From contig CAINNK010000045.1 of assembly GCA_903851135.1 (NCBI GenBank), positions 28,289 to 92,288 on the forward strand: a stretch of 64,000 nucleotides of DNA, written 5' to 3'. Each line of letters begins with the position of its first letter. The first letter of the stretch is position 1. Under the pieces are notes generated by a model that saw nothing but the letters and a program-made list of their open reading frames with translations, was not told the origin of the DNA and searched no databases. Shown here in pieces: positions 47,216 through 57,429 of this stretch. This DNA comes from an uncultured bacterium. GTDB taxonomy: Bacteria; Patescibacteriota; Minisyncoccia; Moranbacterales; GWC2-37-73. The translations under genes were made by a program, and so were the position numbers.

Positions 47216-50089
47216 ATGAAACCAACAGAATCAAAATCAGTCCAAGCTAGAATCATAAAATATGCCACTGAAATTGGCTGGCAATATGTTTCGCGAGAGG
47301 AAGTGGAAAAAAGACGTGCTGGAAATCTGCATTTCATTGATGTTTTTCATGAAGAATTATACAAGAAAAATCCTTGGCTTGCCGCAAGTTCAAAAGGTGG
47401 CAATGTTTATACTTTCCCAAATTTTACTTCAAACATTTCAGGCAATCGTGATTTTCTGCTTTTCCTGCGAGGAAGTAGCACAGCTTTTGATAATGTTGAA
47501 AATAGAGAAAAAAATGTTCAGATCATTGATTTCAAAAATCCGCAAAGAAATGTTTTTGAGATTACCGATGAATTTTCATTTTCAAACGGCAGATACACAA
47601 ACAGACAAGACATTGTTTTCTTGATCAATGGCATTCCGGTTATAATGCTTGAATGTAAAAATCTCACAACGAAAGAAGGAATCGAAAAAGCAATTGATCA
47701 AATCAGGAGATACCACAGAGAATCGCCAGAACTATTGGCAGTTGAACAAAGTTTTCTTGCAAGTGAAGGCATGCGTTTGGAATATGGCGTGACTTGGAGC
47801 ACGGTGCGAAGAAATATTTTTTCATGGAAGGGTGACAAAGTTGGAGAATTGGAAAACAAAGTCAAAACATTTTTTAATATTCCCCATGTTCTCAATTTGA
47901 TTGAGAAATATATTATGTTTATTGAAAAAGATGAACAGTTGGTCAAGCTTGTTTTGCGCGAACATCAAGCCAATGCGGTTGAAGCTGTCTTGGGTCGCGC
48001 ACTTGATGAAAACGCCACGCGTGGGCTAGTTTGGCACACGCAAGGCTCTGGCAAAACATTCACAATGATCAAGACTGCGGAGCTTCTTTTTCGCTCAAAT
48101 GAAGCCGACAAACCGACAGTCATCATGATGCTTGATCGCAATGAACTTGAGGGGCAAATGGAGGCCAATTTGACCGCCACGGGGCTCAAGAATGTTCGCA
48201 AAGCCGGAAGTATTAGTGAGCTCGTGGAAATTTTGCGTTCTGACTATCGTGGTATTGTTATCACGATGATTCACAAATTTCGAGGATTGCCAGCTGATTT
48301 GAATTTGCGCAAAAACATTTTTGTTTTAATTGATGAGGCACATCGCACCACTGGCGGAGATTTGGGAACTTTTGTCATGGCAGCTTTGCCAAATGCTACT
48401 TTCATTGGATACACAGGAACACCAGTTGATAAAATTCAGCATGGCAAAGGAACCTTTAAAACCTTTGGAATTCATGATGCCAAAGGTTATCTGCATAAAT
48501 ATTCTATTTCTGAAAGCATTGAAGATGGCACAACTTTGCCGCTATATTATTCTCTTGCGCCTAATGAAATGTTGGTACCAAAGGAAACATTGGAGCGAGA
48601 ATTTTTGAATTTGGCTGATCAACATGGCATTACGGATATTGAAGAACTTAATGCAATTTTGGAGCGAGCAGTGAACACTAGAAATTTTTTAAAAGGACAG
48701 GGCAGAATTGAAAAGGTTGCCAAATTCGTTGCAGAGCATTTCAAGGAGCATATTGAGCCAATGAATTACAAGGCATTTTTGGTAGCAGTTGATCGTGAAG
48801 CCTGCGCGCTTTATAAAAAAGAACTGGATAAATATTTGCCAACCGAGTGGAGCGAAGTTGTTTATACTGGAAATAATAATGATTCTGAACTACTCAAGGA
48901 ATTCACACATGACGAACAAAAAGAAAAAGAAATTCGTCGTGATTTTGCCAAATTCGGAACAACTCCAAAAATTTTGATTGTCACGGAAAAATTACTGACT
49001 GGCTATGACGCACCAATTTTATATTGCATGTATTTGGACAAACCACTTCGCGATCATACACTCCTACAAACAATCGCACGCGTTAATCGTCCATATGAAA
49101 ATGAGGAAATGAAAATGGTAAAACCTCACGGCTTTGTTTTGGATTTTGTGGGTATTTTCGACAAACTTGAAAAAGCGCTGGCATTTGATAGTGATGAAAT
49201 AAATGCCATCGTCAAAGATTTAGCACTATTGAAAGATCGCTTTGTTAAAAAGTTGACTGTGGATGCCAAACAATATTCTGATTTACTTGTCGGACCATTT
49301 GATGATCGACTTGCTGGAATTTTGATTGAATATTTCCGCGATGAAGAGAAGCGCAAAGAATTTTTTAAACTCTACAATGAAATCGAAATGCTCTATGAGA
49401 TTATTTCACCAGATGCATTTCTTCGTCCATATGTTGATGGATTCACAACGCTTTCAGTCATGTTTCAAGTTATAAGAAATGCATATGCAAAGCAAATTTC
49501 AATTGATCGTGAATTTCAAAGAAAAACAGCTGAATTGGTTCAGGAACATATACAAAGCAGTCCTATAAAATTAGGCGCTGAACTGATTAAACTTGATGAG
49601 AAAGGCATTGAAATTATCAAAGAGAAAAACCAACCCGATGAAGTCAAAATCATCAATCTTATCAAGAGTATTCAAAAACTTGCTGAAGAAAAATCAGGTG
49701 ACCCAGTTCTTATCTCCGTCAAAGAAAGAGCAGAAGATATTATGGACGCTTTTTCAAATCGCCAATTAACCACGCAAGAGGCATTGAAAGCTCTTTTGGA
49801 AGTTGCGGATCAGGAAACAAAAAGAATGCAAGAACAAGAAAAAGAAGGAATTTCTAGCACGGCTTGGTTTATACGCGATGTCTTAACAGCTGAAAATATT
49901 ATTGATCAGGATGCAGTGAAAGACATCGAGTCAATAATTGTTCAATATCCAGAATTTGCTTTCAGCGAAAAATTGACTCGCGATATGCGCAATGATATTT
50001 ATGATCGACTTGATTCACTTGGAATTTCACTTGATGATCAGAAGAAAATTACTGACAAAATTATTGCAACACTAGCACAAACAAAATAA
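47216..50089 (+). CDS. hsdR: Type I RM restriction subunit
   Basis: 'DIVFLINGIPVIMLECK' nuclease motif, 'HTQGSGKT', 'DEAHRT', 'LLTGYDAP', 'QTIARVNR'. Confidence 0.95.
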   Translation: MKPTESKSVQARIIKYATEIGWQYVSREEVEKRRAGNLHFIDVFHEELYKKNPWLAASSKGGNVYTFPNFTSNISGNRDFLLFLRGSSTAFDNVENREKNVQIIDFKNPQRNVFEITDEFSFSNGRYTNRQDIVFLINGIPVIMLECKNLTTKEGIEKAIDQIRRYHRESPELLAVEQSFLASEGMRLEYGVTWSTVRRNIFSWKGDKVGELENKVKTFFNIPHVLNLIEKYIMFIEKDEQLVKLVLREHQANAVEAVLGRALDENATRGLVWHTQGSGKTFTMIKTAELLFRSNEADKPTVIMMLDRNELEGQMEANLTATGLKNVRKAGSISELVEILRSDYRGIVITMIHKFRGLPADLNLRKNIFVLIDEAHRTTGGDLGTFVMAALPNATFIGYTGTPVDKIQHGKGTFKTFGIHDAKGYLHKYSISESIEDGTTLPLYYSLAPNEMLVPKETLEREFLNLADQHGITDIEELNAILERAVNTRNFLKGQGRIEKVAKFVAEHFKEHIEPMNYKAFLVAVDREACALYKKELDKYLPTEWSEVVYTGNNNDSELLKEFTHDEQKEKEIRRDFAKFGTTPKILIVTEKLLTGYDAPILYCMYLDKPLRDHTLLQTIARVNRPYENEEMKMVKPHGFVLDFVGIFDKLEKALAFDSDEINAIVKDLALLKDRFVKKLTVDAKQYSDLLVGPFDDRLAGILIEYFRDEEKRKEFFKLYNEIEMLYEIISPDAFLRPYVDGFTTLSVMFQVIRNAYAKQISIDREFQRKTAELVQEHIQSSPIKLGAELIKLDEKGIEIIKEKNQPDEVKIINLIKSIQKLAEEKSGDPVLISVKERAEDIMDAFSNRQLTTQEALKALLEVADQETKRMQEQEKEGISSTAWFIRDVLTAENIIDQDAVKDIESIIVQYPEFAFSEKLTRDMRNDIYDRLDSLGISLDDQKKITDKIIATLAQTK

Positions 50090-50412
50090 TGAAAAAACAA
50101 AAAATAAAAACGTGGGAATCAAAAAAGGACTTCAAGGAAGAAGTGTATTTGGTTGCAAATAAAGTCAAAGTTAAAATCAAACAAATCACCATTCGCCCAA
50201 TGACGCGCAAATGGGCTAGTTGTTCAACAACTGGATATTTTTCTTTTAATTTGGAACTTCTAGGAATGGATCGCTCACTTGGCGAATATGTGATTTTACA
50301 TGAACTTTTGCATTATTATGTCCCAAATCATAGTAAACTTTGGAAAAGTTTAATGGAGGCTCATATGCCTGATCATGAAAAAAGAAAAGAGAAATTAAAA
50401 AGTTTGAATTAG
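50089..50412 (+). CDS. Minimal YgjP/DUF45 (M48-like) metallopeptidase
   Basis: 'KWASCS', HExxH 'HELLH..PNHSK'. Confidence 0.85.
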   Translation: MKKQKIKTWESKKDFKEEVYLVANKVKVKIKQITIRPMTRKWASCSTTGYFSFNLELLGMDRSLGEYVILHELLHYYVPNHSKLWKSLMEAHMPDHEKRKEKLKSLN

Positions 50413-50441
50413 GTAAATTTGTAAGGGATTTTATGAGTGCG

Positions 50442-51737
50442 CTAAACGACTAAGCTTATCTTTTGATCTTTCAAATATAATTTAGTTTTTAAATATGACA
50501 AAATCTCTCTTTTTTCCTGCATGGTTCCCTCGATCAATACATGCTTGGCATAGTTTTTTAGATCTACTTTCGGGAGTATTACGGTGTCAGCCTTGTCTTG
50601 CCCGAGCATCCTATATGTGAGGTTTTGGTATCGCTCCACCTCTTTTTGCATCTTTTCCCTCGCCCCGATCTTATCAATGGAAACTTTATCTAGTATGCTG
50701 AGTAGCTGATCTAATAAGTCCTCTTCGCGAATGTATGGTTCCTTGCAATCCCTGTTGGCTCCTCGTGTGCAATGGTAGTATACATATCTCCTTACAGTTC
50801 CATTCTTGAATCTTTTGAATTTTTCTTCTGCAGTTATCCCTGAATGGCATGATCCGCATCTGACTATTTTCGTGAAGCTGAATTCTTTAGTTCCTGGTTT
50901 GGATTTTGGTATTCTTGAAATTTGAATTTGAGCTTCTTCAAAAATTTCTTCTGTTAATATTGATTCGTGTTTAGCTTTAAACCAGTTGCCACTTCTTTTG
51001 GGGAATTCAAATTTTCCACAGTAGTATGGATTTGCAAGAATGTTGTAGATGCTGCTAAGCACAATTCTTTTTCCACTCCGAGTTGTGAAATTCATTTCAA
51101 AGCTTAACCATCGAAGTAGCATCCTTCCGCTGTAACCCTGATAGGCAAACTTTTCAAACATTTCTTTTATTATTGGAGCACGCTCAGGATCAAGGTATAT
51201 TTGTTTTTCTCCTTGCACGGATATTCTGTCATTGAGATATCCTAGGGGTGCTTGCCCTGGTCTGATTCCCATGGCGCACTTGGAGCGAAGCCCTCGTTTC
51301 ACGTTGATGCTTCGATTATCATTTTCCAGTTTTGCTTGAGAGCCTAAAATCATCAGGAGAAATTTCTCATTTGGGGAATTGGTGAATACCTGTCCATGCG
51401 TGCGTATTTCAATCAGCGCCCCCTGGTCCATGAGGTCTACAAGAGAGCCTAGATCGCCCGCATTGCGACTCAAGCGATCCGGCGACCATGTAAGGACGCT
51501 ATTGAACATCCCACTGCGGATATCCTTGATTATGCGGTTGAACTCCGGACGCTCCCCGGAAGATTTAGCGCTATGACTTTCTCTGCGAATATCTGTAATA
51601 TTGACGCCATCGCGCTTGGCTTGCTCCAACATTTCATCTACCTGAGAATCGATGGAAAGCGCCTGTTTTTCATCGCTCTCACTCGATTTTCGAGCGTATA
51701 GGCAGCAGCGTATTTCTTGGCTTTTTATGGTCTCCAT
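50442..51737 (-). CDS. Large serine recombinase
   Basis: 'YARKSSE', 'SGERPEF', 'DRLSRN', recombinase domain and Zn ribbon 'RCGSC..YYHC'. Confidence 0.93.
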   Translation of the reverse strand: METIKSQEIRCCLYARKSSESDEKQALSIDSQVDEMLEQAKRDGVNITDIRRESHSAKSSGERPEFNRIIKDIRSGMFNSVLTWSPDRLSRNAGDLGSLVDLMDQGALIEIRTHGQVFTNSPNEKFLLMILGSQAKLENDNRSINVKRGLRSKCAMGIRPGQAPLGYLNDRISVQGEKQIYLDPERAPIIKEMFEKFAYQGYSGRMLLRWLSFEMNFTTRSGKRIVLSSIYNILANPYYCGKFEFPKRSGNWFKAKHESILTEEIFEEAQIQISRIPKSKPGTKEFSFTKIVRCGSCHSGITAEEKFKRFKNGTVRRYVYYHCTRGANRDCKEPYIREEDLLDQLLSILDKVSIDKIGAREKMQKEVERYQNLTYRMLGQDKADTVILPKVDLKNYAKHVLIEGTMQEKREILSYLKTKLYLKDQKISLVV

Positions 51738-51799
51738 AGGCTTTATTTTATTGCTTATATCTTCTACAAGCAACACAATACCGCTACGGTTGGGGAAGT

Positions 51800-52267
51800 C
51801 TAGGCCTCGGGAGTTGATAACTTTGGCTCCTCGGAATTGTCCTTAGTTATCTCATTTTTTCGATATTTCCCAGTAAATTGTTTTATCGTTGCCCTTAGCT
51901 GGTCAATTAAGTTATTCCTCTCCCCTTTGTAGAGCGCATCAGGCCTATATCTGTATGTATCATGATTATGTGACAAATAAAGTTTTTGCGCTGGCACGCT
52001 TCCTCCGACTGCGCTTTTGATAGTACTTGATTCCACTAAATCGTTGGTAGCTTCTCTGCCTATACTTCTTGCTTCCTCTACTTTTATTGTATACTCCTCA
52101 TTCTTTACCCATCGGGTATAAGTCATTCTACTAATTCCAGCTCTGCTACAAGCGACTCCAATAAGATGAATCTCGCGAAATTTTTCAAGCAAAAGCTCCT
52201 GCTCCTTTTTTTGGCGCATTTCAATAGTATTCTGCCTCTTTGTTTTTTTAACGACAGAATTTTCCAT
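51800..52267 (-). CDS. HTH protein resembling a phage terminase small subunit
   Basis: 'ACSRAGISRMTYTRW' HTH; 'DLVES..G.V.AQKLYL'. Confidence 0.6.
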   Translation of the reverse strand: MENSVVKKTKRQNTIEMRQKKEQELLLEKFREIHLIGVACSRAGISRMTYTRWVKNEEYTIKVEEARSIGREATNDLVESSTIKSAVGGSVPAQKLYLSHNHDTYRYRPDALYKGERNNLIDQLRATIKQFTGKYRKNEITKDNSEEPKLSTPEA

Positions 52268-52271
52268 AAAA

Positions 52272-53018
52272 TTAATTAACTATTTCGCTCTTTATCCCAG
52301 TCAGTTTCTCAAATCTTGAAATTATTGTATTACAATAACTTTCATCAAGCTCGATCATGTAGCATCTCCGACCAGTCTGCTCGGCTGCTATCAGTGTGCT
52401 ACCAGATCCACCAAATGGATCAAAAATATTTTCGCCTATTTTGCAACTATTGAGAATCATCCTACGTAAAAGCCCGATAGGCTTCATGGTGGGATGTAAA
52501 GTATTTTTTCTTGTTCCGGGATACACCAGTATGCTTTTGTCTTTTGAGCGCATGAATTTATGACTGCCAAACCAGCCATAGGCAATAAGCTCATTTTGTG
52601 GCAAGTAATCTAGCCTCCCAATAATGGAATGCGTTTTTGCCCATACTAATAGCTGTGCGAAATGGCATCCGCAGTCAATCATTCCATCATGGAGTGCGAA
52701 TATTTTTTTGTCGCAGTTGAATATGTACATAGAGTTTTTCTTAGCTAGGTGCGGTTTGAGTATGTTTATCCAGTCGCTGGTGAATTTGCGATATTCTTCG
52801 TCGCTTTGTTCATGGTCGTTTTCAATTGGTTTAAATGTATTTTTATTTCCTGAAAATCCTGAGGTAGTCAATGAAATCGAGTAGGGTGGGTCGCAAAGAA
52901 CGAGATTTATTTTTTCCTCGCCCATCAATTTTTTTACAAGCTCAGGATCGCGGGCGTCGCCCCGAGCAAGGTAGTGATTTCCGAGTTTAATAATTGTTCC
53001 CATTTTTATTTCTTCCAT
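52272..53018 (-). CDS. N4/N6 DNA methyltransferase (beta class)
   Basis: 'CDPPY', 'HPTMKP', 'DPFGGSGST'. Confidence 0.92.
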   Translation of the reverse strand: MEEIKMGTIIKLGNHYLARGDARDPELVKKLMGEEKINLVLCDPPYSISLTTSGFSGNKNTFKPIENDHEQSDEEYRKFTSDWINILKPHLAKKNSMYIFNCDKKIFALHDGMIDCGCHFAQLLVWAKTHSIIGRLDYLPQNELIAYGWFGSHKFMRSKDKSILVYPGTRKNTLHPTMKPIGLLRRMILNSCKIGENIFDPFGGSGSTLIAAEQTGRRCYMIELDESYCNTIISRFEKLTGIKSEIVN

Positions 53019-53027
53019 ATTATTTTT

Positions 53028-54329
53028 TTATTTTCTAATTAATTGAGCCTTCTCTCCTGTCAAAGTCTCCCATCTTTTCACAATGAGATCGCAAAAGACA
53101 GGAGAAATTTCCACCGCAAGACATCTGCGTTTCATTTGTTCGCAAGCAATAATAGAGACTCCTGATCCGCAGAACAAATCTAAAATCACGTCATTTATTT
53201 TTGTGCATCTTCTGATTGGTTTTTCTAATAAATCAAGGGGTTTTTCGCAGGGGTGCGTGTAATCTTTTCCGGTCACTCTTTTCGCGATCCATATATCAAG
53301 CATGTCCATAATTTCATCCACCGCATTGTTCCCAGATCCCACAGATTTATTTAAAATCTCATTAAGATTTTTATCTGAATTTGAAAGATAAGGTGAACCT
53401 ATCGTCCCATAGCAACAACTTTCGGTCGCTTTGTTAAAAGCCACGCGAGGAGTCATAGAAAAATTATTCTTAATCCAGATTAAGGTTCTTCTGTTTTTTA
53501 TTCCAAGTTCGCGAAAAATATCCTGAACAACTGAGGTTCCGCACTGATCGCTCCATTCAAAAACGTGTACATCCTCTTTTGCGAGAGTAAGTCCATTGGA
53601 GATTACTTTTTTTAAAAACGCTTTGTAATCTTCTGGCGATCTATTGTCATCAACTTTACCTCCATATTTGCCTGCAGTTGAAATACCGTTATTGTAGTCC
53701 AAGTTAATGTTGTAATTAGCATCTAGATATAGCATGGAAACTTCTTTGGCCTTGGTAAGCTCGGCGACAACGGCAAGATCTGAGGAATCATTGCAGATTA
53801 GGACGTGCCTACCAAGGATATATTTATCTCCGAGTTTTGTTTTTGGCTCAACTATTTTCTTGATTTCACGTTCGACCTGAAATTCATCATCGTTTATTTC
53901 CAGCTCGCTGTCCCAAATGCTAGATAAATCGCCGTCGTCAAAACCAGTCTCTAGAAGAAAAGATGTATCAAATTCTCTTAAAAGCTCATAACTCCAATCG
54001 CCATTTACACGATTCAATCGGAGATTTAAAGCCTTTTCCTTTTCGATGTCTGGAATATTAAGGTAAATAGCTGGAACCCTGGTTATTCCCATTTTCTTGG
54101 CAACGTGAGTTCTAAACGAGCCCCCAATAATTATATTTCTACGACTCTTAGCGCTGTTGAGCAAAACTGGATCAGAAAATCCATGTTCCTCTAGGCTTTT
54201 TCGTAAATTATTTTCGGCAGCTGTGTCCCAATGTCTAGGGTTATAGGATGGGGACTTGATCGTGGTAATATCCACATACTCAATGCGCAAGTCTTCACTT
54301 GCGACTTTTTCTTCTGTGACGTTTGTCAT
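53028..54329 (-). CDS. ParB-N-terminal/DNA methyltransferase fusion
   Basis: 'YNPR..SLEEHGFSDP' ParB-like domain; 'HPCEKP' and 'DLFCGSG'; motif IV reads DANY. Confidence 0.85.
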   Translation of the reverse strand: MTNVTEEKVASEDLRIEYVDITTIKSPSYNPRHWDTAAENNLRKSLEEHGFSDPVLLNSAKSRRNIIIGGSFRTHVAKKMGITRVPAIYLNIPDIEKEKALNLRLNRVNGDWSYELLREFDTSFLLETGFDDGDLSSIWDSELEINDDEFQVEREIKKIVEPKTKLGDKYILGRHVLICNDSSDLAVVAELTKAKEVSMLYLDANYNINLDYNNGISTAGKYGGKVDDNRSPEDYKAFLKKVISNGLTLAKEDVHVFEWSDQCGTSVVQDIFRELGIKNRRTLIWIKNNFSMTPRVAFNKATESCCYGTIGSPYLSNSDKNLNEILNKSVGSGNNAVDEIMDMLDIWIAKRVTGKDYTHPCEKPLDLLEKPIRRCTKINDVILDLFCGSGVSIIACEQMKRRCLAVEISPVFCDLIVKRWETLTGEKAQLIRK

Positions 54330-54436
54330 AGTTTTTTACTTAAAATTAATTAATTGCTTCCGCGCCAAAAAATGGAGACGCTTTTGGCATCTCCATTAAA
54401 TCATGCTATTTTTTTGTACTACACGGTTTTATGACA

Positions 54437-55279
54437 CTATAAAACCGTAAACCTTTTTTGCCTTAAATCCTTCAAATTTCTCTTTATTTTTGGAATCTCA
54501 TTTTCCCTTTTTGCGCTTCCTAAAATTCTTTCGGCTATATCCCTATTGGTTAATTTGTACGATGTATTATCAGCGTAATCGTATTCTATTTCGCCAGATA
54601 ATTTTTCAATCCCTATTCCAGTTTCAATGTTAGCTGTATTTTTGTATGAAGGTAGCTTCTTGCCAAAAATATTATTAACATCTTCCTTAATTAGGCATAG
54701 ATCTCCATCTGTAAGTTTTGTATAAATATGCAAAGTGACAAATTTAGCATCCTGTATTTTGGTTGATGCGTCAGTGACGATGGCATAATTTGATCCTTGC
54801 GAAACCAACTTGTCATAAAAGAGATATTGATGGATAGAAAAAGCGTAGTTAGCTGGCAGATTAAATTTTTTGATAATGTCCTCTTTCCCTTGGGCTAATA
54901 AATTTGCTGGAATTTTGAGGTGTAATTTTTTCAAAAGAGCCATTGCTTCGAAACGTGATATTTTTTTAGCTTTCTGCTTTTCGCTTATATCTCTTAATTC
55001 TTTAATGAAATATCTGTTTTGACTAGCTTCGTCTGATTTTTTTAAAAATTCACCATACCATTTAGCATGGTCTTGATAGGTATTGTCACCAATAAATCCT
55101 TCGGCTGGCATGTCTAATGCAATTCGCAGTTTCTGTATTTCCTTTTTAAATTTAGGATATGAAACAAGAAGACTGAGATTGTCTCTATTTTTAATAATAG
55201 AATCTTGCAAATATGCCGGAATTGATTCTTTCAGTTTGTTGGATTTTTTAGGTTTTCTTACTTTACTTTTGGTTTTCAT
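54437..55279 (-). CDS. Hypothetical protein, possible C-terminal HTH
   Basis: 280-aa ORF; 'LTNRDIAERI'. Confidence 0.7.
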   Translation of the reverse strand: MKTKSKVRKPKKSNKLKESIPAYLQDSIIKNRDNLSLLVSYPKFKKEIQKLRIALDMPAEGFIGDNTYQDHAKWYGEFLKKSDEASQNRYFIKELRDISEKQKAKKISRFEAMALLKKLHLKIPANLLAQGKEDIIKKFNLPANYAFSIHQYLFYDKLVSQGSNYAIVTDASTKIQDAKFVTLHIYTKLTDGDLCLIKEDVNNIFGKKLPSYKNTANIETGIGIEKLSGEIEYDYADNTSYKLTNRDIAERILGSAKRENEIPKIKRNLKDLRQKRFTVL

Positions 55280-55308
55280 AGAGGTAGATTGATAATAGGC
55301 TAAAATGG

Positions 55309-56313
55309 ATGAAAAATCAATTTAATAGTATGAGTACAAAAATAAGAATTGGCATAATCATAGGTGCAGGTTTGCTTTTTATTGCAGGCTTATTCATAGT
55401 TTATTGGTTATTTTTTTCTGCGCCTCAATCTCAAGCGGAAAAGAAAGTTTTCATTGTCAGTCGAAATCAAACTGAACTTGAGACTTTGGATAAATTGACA
55501 GCTCAAGGTTTAATAAGAAATGAAAGTGCTTTTAATCTCATCCGTTCTTTTAAACACGGAGATATCGCTCCTGGTGGTTATTACATATATACAAACATGA
55601 ATGCGTGGCAAGTCGCTAATAAGCTTGCAGGCACTCCAGACATGAAATGGGTTGTGATTCCTGAAGGTTGGAGAAAAGAACAAATAGGAGAGCTTTTGGC
55701 AAAAACCTTCAATTGGAACGGCGACGAATTGAATAAGTGGAATACGATTTATACTAAAATGAAAAGTGGTTACACCGAAGGAACATATTTTCCAGACACG
55801 TATCTTATTCCAGTTGATGAAAGCGGATTGGATATGGCCAATCGTATGACAATGAACTTTGATCAAAAATTTGCACCTTATCTTTCTCAGTTTGCTCAGC
55901 AAAATATCAAATGGACAACCGGACTTACTTTGGCATCAATTATTCAGAGGGAGGCAGCAGGATCTGCTGACATGCCTCTCATTGCCGGAATTTTATGGAA
56001 TAGACTTAATCAGGGAATGAACTTGCAAATTGATGCTACTGTTCAGTATGCCAGAGGGAACACAGGTGCGGGATGGTGGGCGCCTATTGCGGCTGATGAC
56101 ATTAAAAATATTGATTCACCCTATAACACATATGAAAATAAGGGATTGCCTCCAACTCCTATCGGTAATCCTGGAATAGCTGCGATAGAAGCCGTTCTTA
56201 ATCCTGCTCAAACTGACTGCCTGTATTATCTCCATGATAGTAATCGCCAAATTCATTGCGCTAAAACTTATGAGGAACATCAGGTAAATATTGATCAATA
56301 TTTGAAAAATTAA
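55309..56313 (+). CDS. mltG: Endolytic transglycosylase MltG (YceG family)
   Basis: 'IPEGWR', 'EGTYFPDTY', 'LASIIQRE', 'LQIDATVQY', 'SPYNTY..GLPPTPI'. Confidence 0.92.
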   Translation: MKNQFNSMSTKIRIGIIIGAGLLFIAGLFIVYWLFFSAPQSQAEKKVFIVSRNQTELETLDKLTAQGLIRNESAFNLIRSFKHGDIAPGGYYIYTNMNAWQVANKLAGTPDMKWVVIPEGWRKEQIGELLAKTFNWNGDELNKWNTIYTKMKSGYTEGTYFPDTYLIPVDESGLDMANRMTMNFDQKFAPYLSQFAQQNIKWTTGLTLASIIQREAAGSADMPLIAGILWNRLNQGMNLQIDATVQYARGNTGAGWWAPIAADDIKNIDSPYNTYENKGLPPTPIGNPGIAAIEAVLNPAQTDCLYYLHDSNRQIHCAKTYEEHQVNIDQYLKN

Positions 56314-56407
56314 ATGGAAAAATCTCCAAGATAACTTAAAAAGAAAGCCGAGTTTGTTATTGTAGTATAGCAAAGAGTTGGTTTAATTCATTAAAATTCA
56401 TATATTT

Positions 56408-56986
56408 ATGGAAGTCCTATTTACAAAAACCACAACAGCATTAGTCGTCATTGATTTACAAAAAGGTATAACTGCTATGCCCACTCAGCCTTATGAGGCT
56501 AAGTCTATTATTGGTAATGCTGCGGAATTGGCAGAGGCTTTTCGCAAAAATAAAATGCCTGTATTTTTAGTTAGGGTTGCAACTTCGTCAGATAGTAAAG
56601 ATAGATTGCAGCCCATTATTGACGGCGAAAATTCTTGGGGAAAAATGCAGATGCCCTCTGATTGGAGCGAAATAGTTCCAGAACTTGGTTCTAGCAAGGG
56701 AGATATCATCATTACCAAAAAACAATGGGGAGCTTTCTATGGAACAGAACTAGATTTGCAACTACGTCGCCGAAAAATCGAAACAATTGTTTTGTGTGGG
56801 ATTTCAACTAATATTGGCGTGGAAAGCACTGCGCGGTTTGCTTTTGAATATGGATACCAACAAATTTTTGTCGAAGATGCAATGAGTGCTCGCAGCGCAG
56901 CAGAGCATGAACACACAGTGCAATCAACTTTTCCAAGAATGGGAAGGGTGCGCTTGGCCAAGGATATATTGGCTGCGTTAGAATAA
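56408..56986 (+). CDS. Isochorismatase/cysteine hydrolase family protein
   Basis: 'ALVVIDLQ', 'KKQWGAF', 'GISTNIGVESTAR'. Confidence 0.92.
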   Translation: MEVLFTKTTTALVVIDLQKGITAMPTQPYEAKSIIGNAAELAEAFRKNKMPVFLVRVATSSDSKDRLQPIIDGENSWGKMQMPSDWSEIVPELGSSKGDIIITKKQWGAFYGTELDLQLRRRKIETIVLCGISTNIGVESTARFAFEYGYQQIFVEDAMSARSAAEHEHTVQSTFPRMGRVRLAKDILAALE

Positions 56987-57064
56987 AATTAAATTTACAA
57001 TGCAATATTAAAAAAGAGCGACCGATTTCGGAAGCTCTTTTTCGCTCTGTTCGTTGACATTGCA

Positions 57065-57247
57065 TTAGCCATTTGGCTGTTGTTGATGCAAGGAAAAAGC
57101 CGTATTAATTTCTTCGTGAAGCACGGCCTTATTTGCACATAAATCAGGACTTATTTCTTCGATGAGGTTACGCAGCGCTCCCTTACTTATTTCCCCTTGT
57201 TTAGCGATGGTGTGAATGTCTTTAGTGAAATCTGCAGTTTTTGGCAT
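57065..57247 (-). CDS. Possible small hypothetical protein
   Basis: SD-like AAGGAG before the ATG (MPKTADF..); no motif. Confidence 0.4.
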   Translation of the reverse strand: MPKTADFTKDIHTIAKQGEISKGALRNLIEEISPDLCANKAVLHEEINTAFSLHQQQPNG

Positions 57248-57429
57248 GTGAAACTTCTCCTTTTTATAAGATATGGGCAACAGCCCTAAAGAACAATGAT
57301 GTGACACGATCCAGTATGTTACACTTTGTCTTATACGTGATTAAATTTGAATATCTTTCAGCTATATTAAAAGCGTATCATTGATGATACGCTTTCTAAT
57401 AATATTTAACGCACTAATATTTTTTTAAC

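Larger units (their letters stand above)
42763..55279. mobile_element. Genomic island downstream of tRNA-Trp (right end uncertain, may extend past 64000)
   Basis: Expected secE-nusG absent after trpT; RM system, serine recombinase and methylases present; no att duplication found by eye. Confidence 0.6.

Noticed and set aside
50442-55279. Intact prophage
   Set aside because: No terminase large subunit, portal, capsid or tail genes
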